The notes under the pieces: model-generated
Database searches by the model: none
What the model was told of the DNA's origin: nothing
What the model saw: the letters and a program-made list of their open reading frames with translations, nothing else
Origin: Octopus vulgaris
Taxonomy: Eukaryota
Assembly (NCBI GenBank): GCA_951406725.2
Contig: OX597815.1
Location: forward strand, 117,738,001-117,802,000
DNA: 64,000 nucleotides
Reading direction: 5' to 3'
Shown here: positions 40,156 through 52,229 of the stretch, piece after piece
Numbering within the stretch: the first letter of the stretch is position 1
How the letters are laid out: each line of letters opens with the position of its first letter
Position numbers and translations under genes: made by a program

Positions 40156-40207
40156 GCAAAAACTGTCTGATGAACGGCAACGAGAAACTCAGAGTAACAG
40201 ATTTTGT
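40156..40207 (+). ncRNA. Minimal type I hammerhead ribozyme
   Basis: Stem I GCAAAAACTGT/ACAGATTTTGT; CTGATGA 40167-40173; stem II A-CG-GCAA-CG-A; GAAA 40184-40187; stem III ACTC-A-GAGT; GUA triplet with predicted cut after 40196. Confidence 0.8.
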
Positions 40208-40302
40208 TGATTTTTCTGCTGCTTAAAATAAAGCATATTACTCTACCACTGGTATTTGAGTACTCTTTTTTCCACCTTGTTTCACATTTATGTGTTTACT
40301 CC

Positions 40303-40344
<42 letters not shown>

Positions 40345-40673
40345 GGCGCATGGCTCAGTGGTTAGAGCGTCGATCTTACGATCGTGAGGTTGTGAGCTCG
40401 AATCCCGGACCGGGCTACGTGTTGTGTTCTCGAGCAAGGCACTTTATTTCACGTTGCTCCAGTTCACCCAGCTGTAGAAATGAGTTGCGACGTCACTGGT
40501 GCCAAGCTGTATCGACCTTTGTCTTTCCCTTGGATAACACTGGTGGCGTGGAGAGGGGAGGCTGGTATGCATGGGCGACTGTTGGCCTTCCATAAACAAC
40601 CTTGCCCGGACTTGTGTCTAGGAGGGTAACTTTCTAGGTGCAATCCCATGGTCATTCATGACCGAAGGAGGTC
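40345..40673 (+). mobile_element. CORE-like SINE (family C, tail type 1), full length
   Basis: tRNA head GGCGCATGGCTCAGTGGTTAGAGC...TCGAATCCC; paralog of 5502-5808. Confidence 0.9.
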
Positions 40674-40679
40674 AATAAA

Positions 40680-40752
<73 letters not shown>

Positions 40753-41059
40753 TGTGTGTATGTGTTTGTGAGTGTGTGTGTATTGCCAAAGAGGAAGATC
40801 TCCATATGGTAGCTAGACCAGGCCAAAGAGATAAAATGAGCCCAAGATGAATAGTCACCGAAACAACTTATGTTTCGTGAGATGACTTGCGATCAAATGT
40901 TTCAGATTGTCTTCGAGCATCAAATTAATGTGCAGTTTTGAACATTGTTTAATTCCAATAAATCATATCCTCGAGTACCTGCTAAGTTGCTTCGCACTCT
41001 CAGTGATTATCTATCTCACTTGTTCTGCCTAGGTTCTTAATAATCTCTCTCTCACAAAA

Positions 41060-41209
41060 TATGGCTGTGTTGCTAGGAAGTTCGTTTCTCACTGAAGAGG
41101 TTTTAGGTTCAATCTCACTGCATGACACCTTGGCCAAGTGTTTTCGACTATAAGTCCCAGGGCTAACCAAAGCCTTGTGAGTGGATTTCGTAAAGGGAAA
41201 GAATACGTC

Positions 41210-41210
<1 letters not shown>
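41060..41210 (+). mobile_element. SINE family B 5' half
   Basis: CCAAAGCCTTGTGAGTGGATTT. Confidence 0.75.
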
Positions 41211-41259
<49 letters not shown>

Positions 41260-41666
41260 CTGAAGTGGTCTGGGTGTGGCAGGTTTGGTAGCCTTCAACT
41301 AACACTATCTCCTCCGAGGCCCTGCGGCGCAAGTTGACCAAAATTGAGAATATGATAGAAGAAGGCTTGCTCTTCATTCCGTAGAAGATAAAATTCAAAT
41401 CAGACCATGTTAAGACCCAAAATTATTTACATCAAAAAGGTCGCCTTGTCTTGATATCGTGCGATAATTGTAGTAAATTGTAGTAAAAATGTTTATTGCA
41501 TAAACAGTTTCTTCGTTTCCAATCTCCAGTGAACACATGTTTGGAAACAAGTGAGGATTGGCGACGAGAAGCCCGTCTGGCCGTAAAAGATCTGACTAAA
41601 TTAATTTCGTAGACAAAAAACAATTATATATATATATATACTAAATATAATATGTGACAATTATTC

Positions 41667-41744
41667 GGTAGCCATGATAAAGTTCCGAGTTTCGGATGTC
41701 GGGGCAGAAATCCGCACCGGCATCTCTTCAGTTATCGGGCTATC
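41667..41744 (-). ncRNA. Hammerhead-like motif with a long stem II (probably decayed at the cleavage site)
   Basis: Minus strand: GATAGCC-C-GATAA-CTGAAGA-GATGCCGG...CCGACATC-C-GAAA-CTCGGAACT-TTATC-AT-GGCTACC. Confidence 0.55.
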
Positions 41745-41794
41745 AAAAATGTGTGTCTGTTGGACTCTCGCTGAAGATGACATATTAGTGTTCA

Positions 41795-42025
41795 GCTTTT
41801 GCCGAACGACCTACACAGGTGATTTGTTTATTGTGATCAAGTGTATGTGCTGTACATAGCTCACCCCTTCTATCAAATTGCCTGTACATGTGCACAAGGG
41901 TGCCACGCGTCAGATGTTGAAAGAACAACGTGAAATTAAGTGTTTTGCTCAAGAGCACGACGCGACTCGCGGTCCGGGAATCGAACACACGATGTAGCAG
42001 TCGTGAGTGCAACACCTTAGCTAGA
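41795..42025 (-). mobile_element. CORE-like SINE (family C, tail type 4)
   Basis: GTTCGATTCCC B-box on the minus strand; same tail as 56700-56922. Confidence 0.8.
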
Positions 42026-42096
42026 AGGTCACACACACACACACAATATATATAATAAATCTCTGAGCGAGGTATAAACAGTAGCTGCAACACATC

Positions 42097-42289
42097 GTGA
42101 AGTATTTTTTTCACTTAAATGTGGCTAACCCCTAAGGGTGAATGCTACTGTAGCATTCACCTCCTCCAGCTGGCTATTGACACACTTTCTGTGCTCTATC
42201 AGCTGGAGGAGGTGTCCTCCTGGGGCTACAAGCTACAGTAGCATCCACCCTTAGGTGTCATCCACATTTAAGTGACAAGAATATTTCAC
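42097..42289. repeat. Nested inverted-repeat element next to (TA)n
   Basis: Outer arms GTGAAGTATT...GCTACTGTAGC / GCTACAGTAGC...AATATTTCAC; perfect palindrome 42137-42161; CACCTCCTCCAGCTG/CAGCTGGAGGAGGTG inner pair. Confidence 0.8.
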
Positions 42290-42329
42290 TATATATATAT
42301 ATATATATATAATATAATTTAGATACATA

Positions 42330-42715
42330 TGAGTGACTGTGTGGTAAGAAGCTTGCTTCCCAACCACATGGTTCCGGGTTCAGTCTCACTGCGTGACACC
42401 TTGGGCTACTATGGCTTCGTGCCGACCTAAGCTTTGTGAGTGGATTTGGTAGACGGAAACTGAAAGGCCTGTCGTATATATATCAATGTATGTATGTATG
42501 TATGTATGTATGTATGTATGTATGTATGTATGTATGTATGTATTTGTGTGTCTGCGTTTGTCTCCCTACCATCGCTTGATGACCGGTGTTTGTGTGTTTA
42601 CATCTCCGTAACTTAGTTGTTCGGCAAAAGAGACCGGTAGAATAAGTACCAGGCTTACAGTTCTGTGATCGATTAGTTCCACTAAAGACGGTGCTCCAGC
42701 ATGGCTGCAGTCAAT
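42330..42715 (+). mobile_element. SINE family B
   Basis: Family B motifs with internal (TATG)n. Confidence 0.85.
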
Positions 42716-42827
42716 GTGTGTGGTCACTCGCTCTGCAAGAAATGGCAGGTAAATCTCATTCATATCATACCTTTGGATCTTAGAAGAGAAGAACGATGAT
42801 TTGTGGTTAATATCAGATAGGATGTAA

Positions 42828-43036
42828 GCGGCAAGCTGGTAGAATCGTTAGTACACCAGGCAACATGTTTAGCAGCATTTCGTCCGTTTTTAAGTTTTTG
42901 AGTTCAAATTCCGCCGCGGTCGACTTTGCCTTTCATTCTTTCGTAGTCGATAAAATAAGTACCAGTCGGGTTCGATGTATTCGACTTATCCCATCCCCCG
43001 AACTTACTGGCCTTGTACCAAAATTTGAAACCAATA
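42828..43036 (+). mobile_element. SINE family A monomer
   Basis: Family A motifs. Confidence 0.85.
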
Positions 43037-43819
43037 TCCGATGGATTGATCACGGCTGGAACATATTTAATAATAGGTTTGTTTGATTAAGGCTGGCAAA
43101 AGTGACAACAACTTAATCCACAGATAGAGAGTGGGGGAAAATATCCTCAAACTTGAGACCGGGCCAGAATGTTTTCAAAAGAGAAGACACCACTAGAGAT
43201 AGCCGTGATCCCAATTGGTGGAGTTAAATCGGCTGACGCATTAATCTACCTGCCAAGTAGACCATGGCGTGATTTGAACTCGGAACCGGAAAAGATACTG
43301 CAAGGTATCTGATCCGAGGTTCTTACAGTTCTGCCAATCCATCTCCCTGGAATGGTACATTATTTTTTTTATCAATCCGGTAAGTATAAAAAGCTAATTT
43401 ACCTTGGTAGGATTTGAACTCAGAGCACAAAATATTGCCTAGCATTTTATCCCGGATGCTCCAATGACTCCACCAATCCACCACTTAGAAAAAACAAGCA
43501 GGACACTGCTGTCGTATGTGTAACTTCTAGGACCGAGACAAACAACTCTAATAACTAGATACAATATACTAAGTCCTAAATTATAGACGAAACTACAGAA
43601 ACTGTGTTGAAACAACGAATACATCCTCACCAAGTAACTCATTTCATTCTAACTCCTTTCCTGAATGACATGAGATACTTACAACAATCTATTTATAGAA
43701 TGAAGCTATGATGACTCGAACTAGAAAGGTTAATAGAAAAGAGGTCTCGGCGCTAGATATATTGGGAGAGGCTGGAAATATACAAATGGGATAGGTTTCT
43801 TTAGATAGACACTTAAATA

Positions 43820-44493
43820 TTAATTTTAACTTTGACGACAAAGTCGGCAATTTTGAGGAGACGAGGGAGTCGATTACATTGACCTCAGTACTTGACTGGT
43901 ACTTATTTTATTGACTACGAAAGGAAAGGCAAAGTCGACACTCGGCAGGATTTGAACTCAGAACGTAAAACCGGAAGAAACGCTGCTAAGCATCTCATCC
44001 GACGTGCTAAAGATTCAAACTATTCATTGCCTTTTAATAATAGTTTCAAATTTTTGGTACAAGGTCAGCAATTTTAGGGCTGTGGGTAAATCGATTACAT
44101 TGATCCCAGTCCAGTGCTTGACTGGTAATTATTTTATCGAATTCAAAACGATAAAAGGCAACGACGACCTTGGCGGAACTTGAACTCAGAACGTAAAGCT
44201 ATACCAAATGCCGCTAAGTATTTTGTCTGACGTGTTTACGAGTTTGCCAGTTTGCCATCTCACTTCGCTTAATACATTGATTTCAAATTTTGGCACAAGT
44301 CCAGCAATTCCGGGGGAAGAGTGTAAGTCCATTACATCGACCCCAGGATTCAACGGTACTTATTTTATCGACCCTGAAAGAATGAAAGGCAAAGTAGACT
44401 TCTGCAGAATTTGAACTCGGAACATAAGCACGGACGAGATATCGCTAAGTATTTTGCCCGGTGTGCTAACGATTCTGCCAGCTCACTGCCCTT
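43820..44493 (-). mobile_element. Three head-to-tail SINE family A monomers
   Basis: Three complete head+body+tail copies (~43820-44035, 44042-44262, 44278-44493). Confidence 0.8.
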
Positions 44494-45116
44494 ACTTTGC
44501 TTAATATATTGGAAATGGAATGCAGTAGTAGAGTCAATAGAGAATCTAATAGAATGCCTCAAGGAATTTGTTCCGACTCTTTTCATTTCGAATGCAAATC
44601 CCATTATAGTTTACTGGGCTAGTAGACTTAATCCGTTACTCGATGTAATCTCATCATCTTCCAGCATGGGTGTTTTCAGCGGAGTTTACCCTGTTGCAAT
44701 TATTTCGACCACGTCGTTTTAACGATACTTTCTTCTCTCTCACTCACAGGTTTTGGAGATACTTGCCTCTTGACTAAAAGACTAAATTTCCTATTATTAG
44801 TAAATTAGATGCAGGAGGACAAAAGTTAACAAATGCATCGATGATTTCATCGTTTATGAAAGAAATTGATAGACGAAATCTCCAGGAGATTCAACAGGTG
44901 ATATACCAGTGGAACCAGATTTCAAAGTTATATGCTATATATACAAATTATATGTTATACATACAACGTGGCTCATGCAAAAATAGAGAGGAATGAAGAA
45001 TAAAAAAAATAGATAAAAAAGAAAGCAAAAACATTACTAATGTAAAGGAGGTTTCGTAGAATGTCGAATAAGTTCAATTACCACGAGAACAGGAAGTTTG
45101 GGGATTTTGTCTCATA

Positions 45117-45190
45117 GAAGACATCCGTTCTCATTCGATCACCAAAGTTAAGCAATGTAGAGCCTAATTAGTGCCTAGATGGACGGCCAA
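45117..45190 (+). pseudogene. Decayed 5S rRNA-derived fragment
   Basis: GAAGACATCCGTTCTCATTCGATCACCAAAGTTAAGCAATGTAGAGCCTAATTAGTGCCTAGATGG parallels the metazoan 5S internal region (...CGATCACCGAAGTTAAGC...TTAGTACTTGGATGG). Confidence 0.65.
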
Positions 45191-46729
45191 TTGACAGCAT
45201 CATTAGAGCGTCGGAGAGATTATTTTGCAGTATTCGTTCTGGCTTTCTACACACCAAGTTCAAATCCCACAGAAGTCAACTTTACCTTTCATCTTTTGGT
45301 GACCGATAAATAAAGTACCAGTCACGTACCGAAGTTGATTAGCCTCTTCCTGTCTGTCCTCTCTTGTTGAAGAAATCGGTTGTAGATAGGCCTGAAACAG
45401 GATGGTCTCCACCAGGACTGAAAAGGCTCAAGATACATCGTATTTCACAACGGCATTTCAACGACTCATTCAAAGTGTTGAGTGCCGGCCTTAAGCTAAG
45501 GCCGGAGCCAAATCTTCAAACAAAGAGTACAAAAAGCTGACGTCACTGCATATGGAAGGTAAGCAGAAATTAGTGGTAAAAGTGTATTTTAAACTTGGAT
45601 TCAGACAGAGGCAACAGGCCAAATTATTAAACTTTTCAATCAACTCTGCAACTGAACTTACTTGACATTCTGCAAAATCCTTTCTATTTGATTTATTCTG
45701 GTCGAACGCAGATCTTTACCAGTTTTCACTAATTTCAGACTTTATCAAATTACTGACGTAATAAAAGGTTACAAATAAATGTCTTTCTTGATATGGAGCC
45801 AAATCGCGAAACATTAATAATACCTACCCATCCGTATAGTTTTTGTCCATAAAAACCAGCTGGCTGTGCTGGTAGTATTGTTTTGCTGACATAATAAACA
45901 TAGCATATTTAAAAGGCACTTGTTTTATTATTGTTGTTATAGAAACTGACACCAAACATAATATATCTTAAAATCAGCAATTTTACTTCTTTGTATTAGA
46001 AATTATTTTCAAATAACAATAAATACAATATACATAGTTTTTTTTTCTTCTTTCTTTCTCTGTCATTATTTTTGCGAATTTAAATGGGGTTTGAAGTTAG
46101 GAATTACGCCATCTTTACGAGAAATCGTGAAACAGGTGATCACACAGTGTGTGGTGGTGGTGGTGGTGGTGGGGGGATTGGGAATAGCGTATATAATATA
46201 TAAGGCTCTCATTGAACTCAGTTGAATACATTTCAGGTGAGAAGTAACCATGACGAACAAATGTTTCGAGTGCTACGAACACATAACTATTATTGTGATA
46301 TGTAATCAGTGAGCTATATATATATTTCAATAGAAAATACACACGATTTCACAACTCGGAGTAACATCACATGGCGGTTGTGTAATTCACTATAAATTGT
46401 TAGAGTTCGTTTCAAAAATTATCTTCAAAATCCGTCAAATATATATCAATATTGAGTAATATTCTTTTTTTTATTATTTTTGTATGGAATTATACCATTA
46501 TTGCGAACGTATTATTCATTATAATAACAAGAAAATATTTATATATTTACATATTTATAGATTATATAGATATATCTGTGCAAAGATATACGTATATGCA
46601 TATATATATACATTTATGTATGTATGTATGTATGTATGTATGTATGTATGTATGTATGTATGTAGTATGTATGTATGTATGTAAGTATGTATCAATGTAT
46701 GTATGCAAGTGTATGTATGTGTATATATT

Positions 46730-46762
<33 letters not shown>

Positions 46763-47032
46763 TAGGTGCCTGTAGCTTTGAGATACCTTAACAACAGGCT
46801 CAAAGACAAATTTTTGTGGAAGAAATGTACAATCCATTGAATGAACATCACTACATTCTTTATTTTATGGTCAGCTGACTGATGAAAACTAACCATAATC
46901 CCTGAATATATAGACTGACTTTGACAGAATGAAGAATAAAATCTGAATCTCCACTGCCACAACTATATTTACCAAATTTTCCTCCTTTCCTCTTTCTCTG
47001 ATATATATCTGATATATATATATATATGTAGG

Positions 47033-47105
<73 letters not shown>

Positions 47106-47206
47106 GTATGTATATATGTATGTGTGGTATGTGTGTGTCTGTATATTTGTATGTATGTATATATATGTATATACATATATATACATATATATACATATAT
47201 ATGTAC

Positions 47207-47288
<82 letters not shown>

Positions 47289-47398
47289 TTATATTCTTAT
47301 ATATATATATTCATATATATTTTATATATATTCTTTACTTGGACTGTACCGGCGGAATTTCGGTCCTCACCTTTTTTATCATATATATATATATATAT

Positions 47399-47465
<67 letters not shown>

Positions 47466-47478
47466 CATAGATATACAT

Positions 47479-47630
47479 AGGGATGACCCCTACGTTGACA
47501 ACGTAGTGGTCATCCCTCTTAATATGCTTATATGTATATAATATATTTTCTGAACTTTCAGATTTTAATATGCAAGACCATTGGATTTAAATTGATATTA
47601 ATCAAATATTCAATTTTTTCACCGTTATTC

Positions 47631-47635
<5 letters not shown>
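47479..47635 (+). repeat. Short fold-back (19-bp arms, 1-nt loop) plus tail between microsatellites
   Basis: AGGGATGACCCCTACGTTG-A-CAACGTAGTGGTCATCCCT at 47479-47517, one mismatch. Confidence 0.65.
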
Positions 47636-47682
<47 letters not shown>

Positions 47683-47699
47683 AATGTGGGTGTGTATGT

Positions 47700-48022
47700 T
47701 ATGTATTTGTTTTGCACGATTCCTGATGTGAAATCGTGTGTTGAAATAGATATTGTTATATTTGGGGATGTTAATTTTTATTTTTCTGCCAAATAAAAAC
47801 GCGCACTGTATATTGATTCTTCATTCTAGCATTAAATTGTTGTTATTCTAGTGAACTTTATCTGAAATCTTTCGTCACACATCCTGTCACCTCTTCAGCT
47901 GCTCACCATCCTACATGTTCCCGTCCTGTTCTGTGACGAAAGATTACAGACGAAGGACGCTAAAATAAGAACAATGATGAAGCTGGAATGAAGAACGATT
48001 ATATTTTGCGTGTGTTTATTTG
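47700..48022 (-). mobile_element. Old fold-back pLTR-like element with a decayed hammerhead core
   Basis: Degenerate inverted arms 47790-47879/47932-48022; minus strand CTGAAGA(47898-47892)-G-GTGACA..TGTGAC-GAAA(47873-47870). Confidence 0.55.
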
Positions 48023-48049
48023 ATTAAAAAAAAAAGAAGAAACAATAAA

Positions 48050-48390
48050 AAAGCTTGCTAACCAACCACATGGTTCTGGTTCAGTCCACTGAAAAGTGTC
48101 TTCTGCTATAGTCTCGGGCCGACCAATGCCTTGTGAGTGGATTTGGTAGACAGAACGAAAGAAGCCTGTCGTATATATGTATATATATATATGTATGTGT
48201 GTATGTGTTTGTGTGTCTGTGTTTGTCACCCTAGAAAACCGATGCTGGGTGTGTTTAACTTAGCGGTTCGGCAAAGAGACCGATAGAATAAGTACTGGGC
48301 TTACAAAGAATAAGTCCGGGTCGAGTTGTCGATTAAAGGGTGTCAGCATGCCAGTCAAATGACTGATAAAAGAGTAAAGAGTAAAGAGTA
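48050..48390 (+). mobile_element. SINE family B
   Basis: Family B motifs. Confidence 0.85.
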
Positions 48391-48428
48391 ATAAAAAAGA
48401 AAAAGAAGACCATCCCGAAATAAATATA

Positions 48429-48492
<64 letters not shown>

Positions 48493-48507
48493 GTAAGTAT
48501 ATATATA

Positions 48508-48552
<45 letters not shown>

Positions 48553-49490
48553 ACACATGTACATATAATATATCTTATTTATATTTACACATATTTGTTA
48601 GCTATAACACACACATATACACACATATAGATAAATGCATATCTGTGTGTATATATATATATATATATATATACGTCTTCATATATGTGTACGTGTGTGT
48701 GTGTGTGTGTGTGTGTGAGTCGAAGGATTTCCCTTTGCAACCATTGGTGACTAAAACTCGCCCACATAAGCCCGTATGAAAGAAAAAAGAGATCTCCCGA
48801 TACAGGTTTATAATTATGTAGATGAATAACAAACACTCCTGCAGTTTATATTTGCGCTAAGAATATCTAGAATCCATTTGTGTGTAGGTACATTTATATA
48901 TTTGTGTGTATTTCTTGTTGTAGAGACCTATGTACAGTATTTATATAATGTATGTGTGTTGCACAGAGTATTTAGATATCTGTGAGAACAGATAATGTCC
49001 CATAAATATTAAGTGCAGCTCTCTGGTAGCTTTGTCGACCTTTACGTTCACTATCTTTTATTAACTCTTTCTTTTGTTAAAATGTATATTGAACGCAGAA
49101 GATTTTCGCTTTTATTGTACAGTGCAAGTTTTGTACGGTTTAGATTTTATGACTGATAGAAATTTGTTTATTGCTTTCCTTGAGAATTATAATATACCTT
49201 TACTTCTTTATATTCTTTATGCAAGGCTGTCTTTCACCTAAATAAGGAATAATCGCCAAGAAAAGCACTCTATCATACTGTTCGTATCATATAACATTAT
49301 ATATAAAGTGATATATTATACATTAGATTACATATATTCAAGCATGCCAATACGTAAGCGTGCTTGCGTGGCTTGCGCACACACATTTATGCTTTACGTA
49401 CATTCAAGTAAACATACGTGTATGTTCATATATATATATATAAATATACATAATAGTATACGTATGTATATGCAAATAATATTTATCGAC

Positions 49491-49557
<67 letters not shown>

Positions 49558-49577
49558 TGTGTGTGTGTGCGTGCGTG

Positions 49578-49610
<33 letters not shown>

Positions 49611-49697
49611 CGATAAATATTTTTATACATATACAATATATAGTTGTATGTTATGTGTGTGTGTCTGATGCTTTATATAAATATGTCTATATGTAAG

Positions 49698-49730
<33 letters not shown>

Positions 49731-49803
49731 ATATATGTATGTATGTATATATATATGTATGTATGCATGTATATATATATATATGTATGTACATATATAT
49801 GTA

Positions 49804-49849
<46 letters not shown>

Positions 49850-50987
49850 ATTTTAAAAGTAACTCCGTTTGAACTATGGAATACAAAAAGCGACAAATTT
49901 CGTGTGGCAAGTCTTGTAAGTTTCTCTAAAACGCAGGCAATTGATGGGAAGTAAAAAATAAAACTTTCAAGACTATGTTCGATCTCAAATGTTTCCAGAG
50001 TCTCACATTAATTTGGGAACATTTCTTGGGAAATACAATATATCCGAGATCACGGGGAACTCATTGCTACACGCACATACACAAACACATGCAGACAGGT
50101 ACACACAAACTCACGCGCGCCCACACACACACACGTGCGTGTGTAAATTTTGTCTAGCTCTGATTGACCTATGGTCGTCAGATTTTCTTGTTTAGATCTA
50201 GAACCATCACTGCAAAAATATCTGCAGAGGAAGTGGACACATACACATACCTCCCCACCCCACAAATACATATATACATGCATACATACCTTCACGATAT
50301 TAACAGACCCATACATTCATACGTACATGATAACCAAACATTGTCAGGTATATGAATATGTAAACGCAGATACGTCTTTGTTTTAACCAAGTAGACCACT
50401 TTCTGGTGCTACTTAGCAACTTTATAAAGTTTAAATCTTAGTTTAACCTTATAATAAATAAAAACTTTAGAAGGTTTTATTTACTTCTAAATCAATAAAT
50501 AAATCTTATAATTTCCAAAGCATTTGAATAGGATCAGATTTAATCCTTATCATTTTATTTTATTTTACTATAGGATCACATAAGCTAATCTTATTTTTAG
50601 TGGTTCACACTCAATAATCAATATTTTATTGCTTTACGAAGATATGTTTCATATTTGAATAAACATTAAGTATTTTGCGCAAAACTTTCTATTGCTCCGA
50701 ATGAGGCGAGAGAACCATAATGATTTATCGTAGCAATTTGTTACGTAGTGTTAAAACTCTGTCTTTATGAAATATGATTTAGTCGGACAGATGAAACAAT
50801 CCTTGCATTTTCCCCCTTTAACATACTAAATAATGAATACTGACTGCTGTGACCCGAATCAACATAGTTCCCTTTTTCGCTACAATATTAGTATCAAGTA
50901 ACATTATTTGACATCAAATATTTAGAATACATGTTAACTAGGGCAAAGAACGATATAACACCTGACTTCTTATAATGATTACGATAG

Positions 50988-51159
50988 ACGCAGGTAGGGC
51001 GGCGTGGTTTAAAAAGCTCGCTAGGCAACCATGTTGTTACGGATTCAATCCCACTGCACGGCACCTTAGGCAAGCATCTTCATCTACGGCCTGAGGCCGA
51101 CCAATGTCTTGAGAGTGAATTTGGTACACGGAAACTGTGTGAAAACCCGTCTTATGCAT

Positions 51160-51193
<34 letters not shown>

Positions 51194-51695
51194 AATGAGT
51201 AAATTTTGTACGATTGCTATAGTTGAGTTAAGTGCATTTAGATATTTGATCGAACATAATGCAAATAAAGTGTTCCCTTGATGACCTGTTGTGGTCAAGC
51301 AACCAATTTCACTCAAAACATCCAGTGCAGAAGTTGCAAATAACCACTATGGTGAAACGGATGTAGGGAACAAATAATATAACCATGTATTTACCATAAT
51401 CACACTCTCCCCCTCCTTCTCTCTCTCTCTCTCTTTCATGCACATACATGTGTGTGTGTGTGTGTGTCCCTTTTGTCTGTGTTTGTCACGACATTCCACC
51501 ACTTGCAACGAGTGTTTGATTTGTTTACGCCCCCGTTAAGTAGCAGTTCAGCAAAATACACCTTAAAAATAAAGATTAAAAAAAACATAAGTTTTGGGAT
51601 GTGAGGTCAATGTGTTTGGCTAAAACCCTACGAAACGGCTTCTCTAGAATGGCCACACTCCAATGACTGAAACATGTAAAAGATAAAAAATAAAA
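50988..51695 (+). mobile_element. Split, degenerate SINE family B (head 50988-51150, tail ~51470-51695)
   Basis: Head and tail motifs separated by ~300 bp bounded by (GA)n and (CT)n. Confidence 0.6.
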
Positions 51696-52229
51696 GGGCG
51701 TCAGAGTGGCAGGGACGGTACAGGACTTTGACTATAATGCCTTGCAGTATTTAGCTACGGTCTTTTCGTTCAGAGTTCAAAGCCAGTCACTTTCGACTTT
51801 GCATACCATTCTGCCAGGTTTGATTAAATATAAACCAACAAAGAAATATAACCGATTTAGTCGACCATATTCCGCTCTCAACATGCAGGTTTTTTTTACA
51901 TATGTTTGATTATCAATCTCGCTGAAGTCAGCTCTGATTTTCATCCTTTCGGCAGGGACAATAAAAGTTTCAGCTAAGTACCAGCGTCTATTAGTCCCTC
52001 TCCTCACATTTCTGTGGTCTAATCATTTTAGCCTCGAACAAAATGGTTTTGCGCATTTCTTCCGACCCTTTATGTACTAAGTTCAAACTCCGTTGAGGTC
52101 AATTTTGTCAGTCATCTTTTTTGAGGTCGATAAAACAAAAGTACCATAAAATAAAGTACTACGGTCGATAGTATCGACTAACCACCTACCTCAGATATCA
52201 AACCCTGTACCTATATTAAAAACAATTAT

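Larger units (their letters stand above)
37742..40304 (-). mobile_element. Penelope-like element (PLE), 5'-truncated, with inverted pseudo-LTRs, inserted in (TA)n
   Basis: Near-identical inverted arms 37742-38591 and 39386-40232; 794-bp spacer holding a GIY-YIG ORF; unpaired tail 40233-40304; (TA)n on both flanks. Confidence 0.92.

Noticed and set aside
40345-40415. Possible tRNA gene
   Set aside because: Continues into a CORE-like body and is multi-copy; it is a SINE head
47340-47378. Half hammerhead (GGACC-GAAA...GGTA) on the minus strand
   Set aside because: No CUGANGA or stem I partner; too short to support a call
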